A DNA stretch of 64,000 bases from NCBI RefSeq assembly GCF_026571515.1, contig NW_026853980.1, positions 248,001 to 312,000 of the forward strand, written 5' to 3'. Made by a program: the position numbers and the translations under genes. The notes beneath the pieces were generated by a model. It saw only the letters and a list, made by a program, of their open reading frames with translations, did not search any database and was not told the origin of the DNA. Within the stretch, counting starts at the first letter, position 1, and each line of letters begins with the position of its first letter. Shown here piece after piece: positions 60,701-64,000 of the stretch. This DNA is from Ruditapes philippinarum. Its lineage: Eukaryota.

Positions 60701-62824
60701 GATCGGAAACCGTTTTTGCTTTCAAGGTCAATGTGACCTTGACCTTTGACCCCTTGACTCCAAAATCAATAGGGGTCATCTACTGGTCATGACCAATCAC
60801 CATCCCAAGTTTGAAGTTCCTAGGCCTTAAGGTTCTTTAGTTATTGATCGGAAACCGTTTTTGCTTTCAAGGTCAATGTGACCTTGACCTTTGACCCCTT
60901 GACCCCAAAATCAATAGGGGTCATCTACTGGTCATGACCAATCACCATACCAAGTTTGAAGTTCCTATGCCTTAAGGTTCTTTAGTTATTGATCGGAAAC
61001 CGTTTTTGCTTTCAAGGTCAATGTGACCTTGACCTTTGACCCCTTGACCCCAAAATCAATAGGGGTCATCTACTGGTCATGACCAATCACCATACCAAGT
61101 TTGAAGTTCCTAGGCCTAAGGGTTCTTTAGTTATCACTCGGAAACCATTTGGTCTACGGACCGACGGACCGACGGACCGACGGACCGACAAGTGCAAAGC
61201 AATATACCCCCTTTTTTTCAAAATGGGGGCATAATAATTGCAGGAAAGGGTAACCAGCAATTACAGGATGCTGTTTACCTTGAGAGTTATCAGTGGTGTT
61301 ACCTTTACAGACAATTAATAAGTGGGGGGATAACTAGTGTACAGTGACACACAGACAAACAAGAGCACCGCTAGGCGGAGCATTATATGCCCGAAAGTGA
61401 TTTTTTTTTTTTTAGTAAAGATGAAGCATTTGTAAGACATGGGAGTAAAATAAAGTATTACCTCCTTCAAATAACAATCCTCCTTTGAAGTTTCAATATT
61501 GTGGTCCAAATGGAACTTTAAGTTATGCCCCAGAAACTGTTTTAAATTCTAAGTAATAGTGACCTTGACCTTTGACCTTGTGACCCGAAAATCATAAGGG
61601 GTCTTCTACCAAATATGGACAATCATACTATGAAGTTTAAACACAGTAGGCCAAATGATACTTTAGTTATGTTCCGAAAACTGTTTTCAGTTTTAAGGTA
61701 ATAGTGACCTTGACCTTGTGACCCCAAAATCAATAGGGGTCTTCTACCCAATATGGACACTCATCCTATGAAGTTTGAATATTGTGGGCTAAATGAAACT
61801 TAAGTTATGCTCAAGAAACTGTTTTCAATTTCTAAGTAATAGTGACCTTGACCTTTGACCTTGTGACCCCAAAATCAATAGGGGTCTTCTACCCAATATG
61901 GACAATCATCGTATGAAGTTTGAACACTGTGGGCCAAATAGAACTTAAGTTATGCTCCGGAAACTGTTTTCAGTTCTAAGGTAATAGTGACCTTGACCTT
62001 TGACCTTGTGACCCCAAAATCAATAGGGGTCTTCTACCCAATATGGACAATCATCCTATGAGGTTTGAACACTGTAGGCCAAATGGAACTTAAGTTATGC
62101 TCTGGAAACTGTTTTCAGTTTTAAGGTCATAATGACCTTGACCTTTGACCTTATGACCCCAAAATCAATAGGGGTCTTCTACCCAATATGGACAATCATC
62201 CTATGAAGTTTGAATATTGTGGGCCAAATGAAACTTAAGTTATGCTCCGGAAACCAAATTGCTAACGGACGGACGGACGGACGTACCAACTTTTGACATT
62301 TATGAGGCAAATCAGCTCATAAACACCACCTGGACCAACGTCCATAAGCAAAATTAGCTCATAAAAACAAAAAAATAGCTCTTAATTTGAATTTTATGAG
62401 TTTTTGTTCTTTATTTAACTACGGAATGAAGCTCATAAATATCAAATGTTTGCTCGTCCGGTAAGACGGACGGACATACGGACGGACGCCAGGGGGTATA
62501 ACATAATATGTCCGAAATTCTTTCGGGCATATAAAAATGGTCAACAAAATTGGTCAATAAATGCTTTTCCTTTCATTTTTAGAAACAAAGACTGGTTAAG
62601 TAAGAAATTATTAATGATTATAATTATACCTGCAAAAAATACTCAAAAGAGGGTGCTGCAGTATAGATAGATAGATAAATTTAGCCACAAAATTAAGAAA
62701 CAACCAGAAAGTCAGTACCTGAGCTGGTTTAAGCACAACAGTATTTCCTGCAGCCAGACATGCAGCCATTTTCCATGCCAACATCATAAGAGGGTAGTTC
62801 CATGGTACAACAATGGCACAAACA
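42660..62824 (-). CDS. ALDH1L1: 10-formyltetrahydrofolate dehydrogenase (ALDH1L family), last 8 coding exons; 5' part outside the window
   Basis: Exons 62719-62824, 58516-58697, 57669-57768, 54120-54218, 48926-49091, 48671-48776, 47279-47478, 42660-42721 splice in frame. Motifs [54 protein letters not shown] and [14 protein letters not shown] are characteristic of ALDH1L. L1 versus L2 cannot be decided without the N-terminus. Confidence 0.96.
43485..43903. mobile_element. hAT-like MITE
   Basis: TIRs tagggctgtcattga and tcaatgactgcccta, subterminal tatcga repeats, near-identical flanks gtttaacca / gtttaaca (~8-bp TSD). Confidence 0.8.
45572..46532 (-). mobile_element. Helentron/HINE-like element with a dimeric 334-bp higher-order repeat
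   Basis: Subterminal IR tgtgtcgcctc and gaggcgacaca, (GACG/GACA)n microsatellite at 46418-46485, alternating A/B subunits. Confidence 0.88.
47051..47200 (-). mobile_element. Degraded Meta-SINE-like fragment
   Basis: ggtcatatggcga...aagctttactgatgg...gagtagaaccac is the reverse complement of the 3' half of the 13432 SINE. Confidence 0.65.
47279..47478 (-). CDS. ALDH1L1: ALDH1L exon
   Basis: [24 protein letters not shown]...[13 protein letters not shown]. Confidence 0.96.
47590..48005 (-). repeat. Degenerate satellite/HINE fragment
   Basis: Two units ctagggg/ttataatttgaacaatctt...ccactagatcatgtt resembling the units at 63095-64000. Confidence 0.55.
48671..48776 (-). CDS. ALDH1L1: ALDH1L exon
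   Basis: [34 protein letters not shown]. Confidence 0.95.
48926..49091 (-). CDS. ALDH1L1: ALDH1L exon
   Basis: [55 protein letters not shown]. Confidence 0.95.
49370..52424 (-). pseudogene. LINE ORF2 (AP endonuclease plus reverse transcriptase) with a single frameshift
   Basis: APE motifs LQET, YRPP, GDFN, IDH, SDH; RT motifs [33 protein letters not shown] 4-bp duplication tgcttgct at 50122-50129 separates ORFs 50112-52424 and 49370-50140. Confidence 0.92.
52373..53115 (-). CDS. LINE ORF1 C-terminal part, SGNH/GDSL esterase-like domain (truncated)
   Basis: ILGDSV block [10 protein letters not shown] block [13 protein letters not shown] block V; esterase domains are known in CR1/L2-group ORF1 proteins. 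Confidence 0.8.
53869..54109. mobile_element. Fold-back MITE with ~105-bp inverted arms
   Basis: catgacaaaaccaacgtaatgcgtttgcgacc...catgctgttcgct mirrored by agcgaacagcatg...ggtcgcaaacgcattacgttggatttgtcgtg. Confidence 0.9.
54120..54218 (-). CDS. ALDH1L1: ALDH1L exon with the catalytic Cys
   Basis: [33 protein letters not shown]. Confidence 0.96.
54836..55826 (-). mobile_element. Helentron/HINE-like element with diverged internal repeats
   Basis: Hairpin gctgtccgtaagacagc, subterminal IR gctcgactttt and aaaagtcgagc, (GACGCC)n microsatellite at 55743-55778. Confidence 0.85.
57401..57610 (+). mobile_element. tRNA-derived CORE-type SINE (diverged)
   Basis: A-box-like tggctgagtgattaa, B-box-like gggtttaaacccc, core tgagcaagaaactttacac...tgcttagtactggttagttcc. 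Confidence 0.7.
57669..57768 (-). CDS. ALDH1L1: ALDH1L exon with the catalytic Glu
   Basis: [33 protein letters not shown]. Confidence 0.96.
58211..58490 (-). mobile_element. Meta-SINE-like copy
   Basis: Reverse complement aligns with 13432-13708 (acacagtataggtcatat, tgcattat, cttcctcacatgaaagaatt, gattcgaa); (CAAT)n tail. Confidence 0.85.
58516..58697 (-). CDS. ALDH1L1: ALDH1L exon
   Basis: [60 protein letters not shown]. Confidence 0.96.
58737..61237 (-). mobile_element. Helentron/HINE-like element carrying a ~144-bp satellite array (about 16 copies)
   Basis: Subterminal IR tatgccccc and gggggcata, (CGGACCGA)n microsatellite, unit aaggtcaatgtgaccttgacctttgacccc...gatcggaaaccg. Confidence 0.92.
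61358..62537 (-). mobile_element. Helentron/HINE-like element with ~142-bp repeats (about 5 copies)
   Basis: Subterminal IR tatatgcccgaaag and ctttcgggcatata, (GACG)n microsatellite, hairpin ccgctaggcgg. Confidence 0.88.
62287..62452. mobile_element. Small inverted-repeat element nested in the (GACG)n microsatellite
   Basis: caacttttgacatttatgag and ctcataaatatcaaatgtttg are near reverse complements. Confidence 0.55.
62719..62824 (-). CDS. ALDH1L1: ALDH1L exon
   Basis: [35 protein letters not shown]. Confidence 0.96.
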
Positions 62825-63094
62825 CTGTAACAAAAATAATGTCACATAAATTATCTTTAATAATACAACGAATATCACATAATGATCAATGACACTTTAT
62901 CTCGAACATTGAGGTTAATGGTCATTATTAATACATTTTGTCTCTTAACCTTGACTAAGAAAGTAAGCTGAATAAGTAGTGTGTCACTTGCTGAGAAATT
63001 GGTAATAACTGGTTAATCATTACACTCAGGTAAATTATTCAGGAAAGTTGGTTAGGTGGATGGACCGTCATCTGGTCATGATGTGACCAAACAA

Positions 63095-64000
63095 ACAAGA
63101 GGGCCATGATGGCCCTGAGGTCGCTCACCTGTATATAGCCACCCCCCCCCCCACCGGGGCCAATTTTTACCCAAGGGCTTTTATTTGTTTATTTGAACAC
63201 ACTTGGTAGACACCCATAAGAAGATGTTTCATGCTAAACATCTAAGTTCTAGCTCATTGGGTTTTTTATAAGAAGATTTTTTAAAGTTTTTACTATACAC
63301 ATAAAATTATAGTTAAAAACAATGACACCCCTGGGGCAGGGCCAGTTTTGACCCCCGAGCTTTTATTTGAACAAACTTTGTAGATATTTACTTAAAGATG
63401 TTTCATGCTTAATATCTAAACTCTAGCTATTTGGGTTTTTGCTATTCACATATAAGGAAAATCAATGACCCCCGGGGCGGGGCCAGTTTTGACCCCAGGG
63501 CTTTTATTTGAACATACTTGGTAGACACCCATTAGAACATGTTTCATGCTAAATATCTTAGCTCTAGCTCTTTGGGTTCTTTAAAAGAAGATTTTTTAAG
63601 TTTTTACTATATGCATATAGGGAAAATCAATGACCACAGGGGCGGGGCCAATTTTGACCCCAGGGCTTTTATTTGAACAAACTTAGTAGACACTCACTAG
63701 AAGATGTTTCATGCCAAATATCTTAGCTCTAGCTCTTTGGGTTCTTTAAAAGAAGATTTTTTAAGTTTTTACTATATGCATATAGGGAAAATCTATGACC
63801 CCCTGGGGCAGGGCCAATTTTGACCTCAGGGCTTTTATTTGAACAAACTTGGTAGACACTCATTAGAAGATGTTTCATGCTAAATATCTTAGCTCTAGCT
63901 CTTTTGGTTCTTTAAAAGAAGATTTTTTAAGTTTTTACTAAATGCATATAGGGAAAATCAATGACCCCCTGGGGCGTGGCCAATTTTGACCCCAGGGCTT
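63095..64000 (-). mobile_element. Helentron/HINE-like element with ~165-170 bp repeats, cut by the window end
   Basis: acaagagggccatgatggccct hairpin end; units ggggccaattttgaccccagggcttttatttgaacaaacttggtagacac. Confidence 0.85.

Noticed and set aside
58860-61145. CRISPR array
   Set aside because: Contiguous ~144-bp monomers with no spacers, no cas genes, and a eukaryotic context.

Overview
AT-rich eukaryotic DNA with spliceosomal GT-AG introns. The repeat content (tRNA-derived Meta/CORE-type SINEs, Helentron/HINE-like satellite-bearing elements, a CR1/L2-group LINE) suggests a bivalve mollusc (inference). Three protein-coding loci are supported. (1) 170-29440 (+): 44 hand-spliced exons forming one open frame of about 1,410 codons, with the 5' end outside the window. 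It encodes a single-pass membrane protein built from EGF domains alternating with pairs of a Cys-containing ~100-aa module. (2) 34284-35657 (+): a single-ORF gene with two B-boxes and an NHL-like beta-propeller. (3) 62824-42660 (-): the last 8 coding exons of 10-formyltetrahydrofolate dehydrogenase (ALDH1L). The most notable feature is a second intact copy of the ALDH1L terminal exon at 31056-31117. It differs from the first copy only at third codon positions (ending YKL* instead of YNL*), and the B-box gene lies antisense between the two copies. Most short ORFs in the supplied track are spurious. No CRISPR array, rRNA or genuine tRNA was found.
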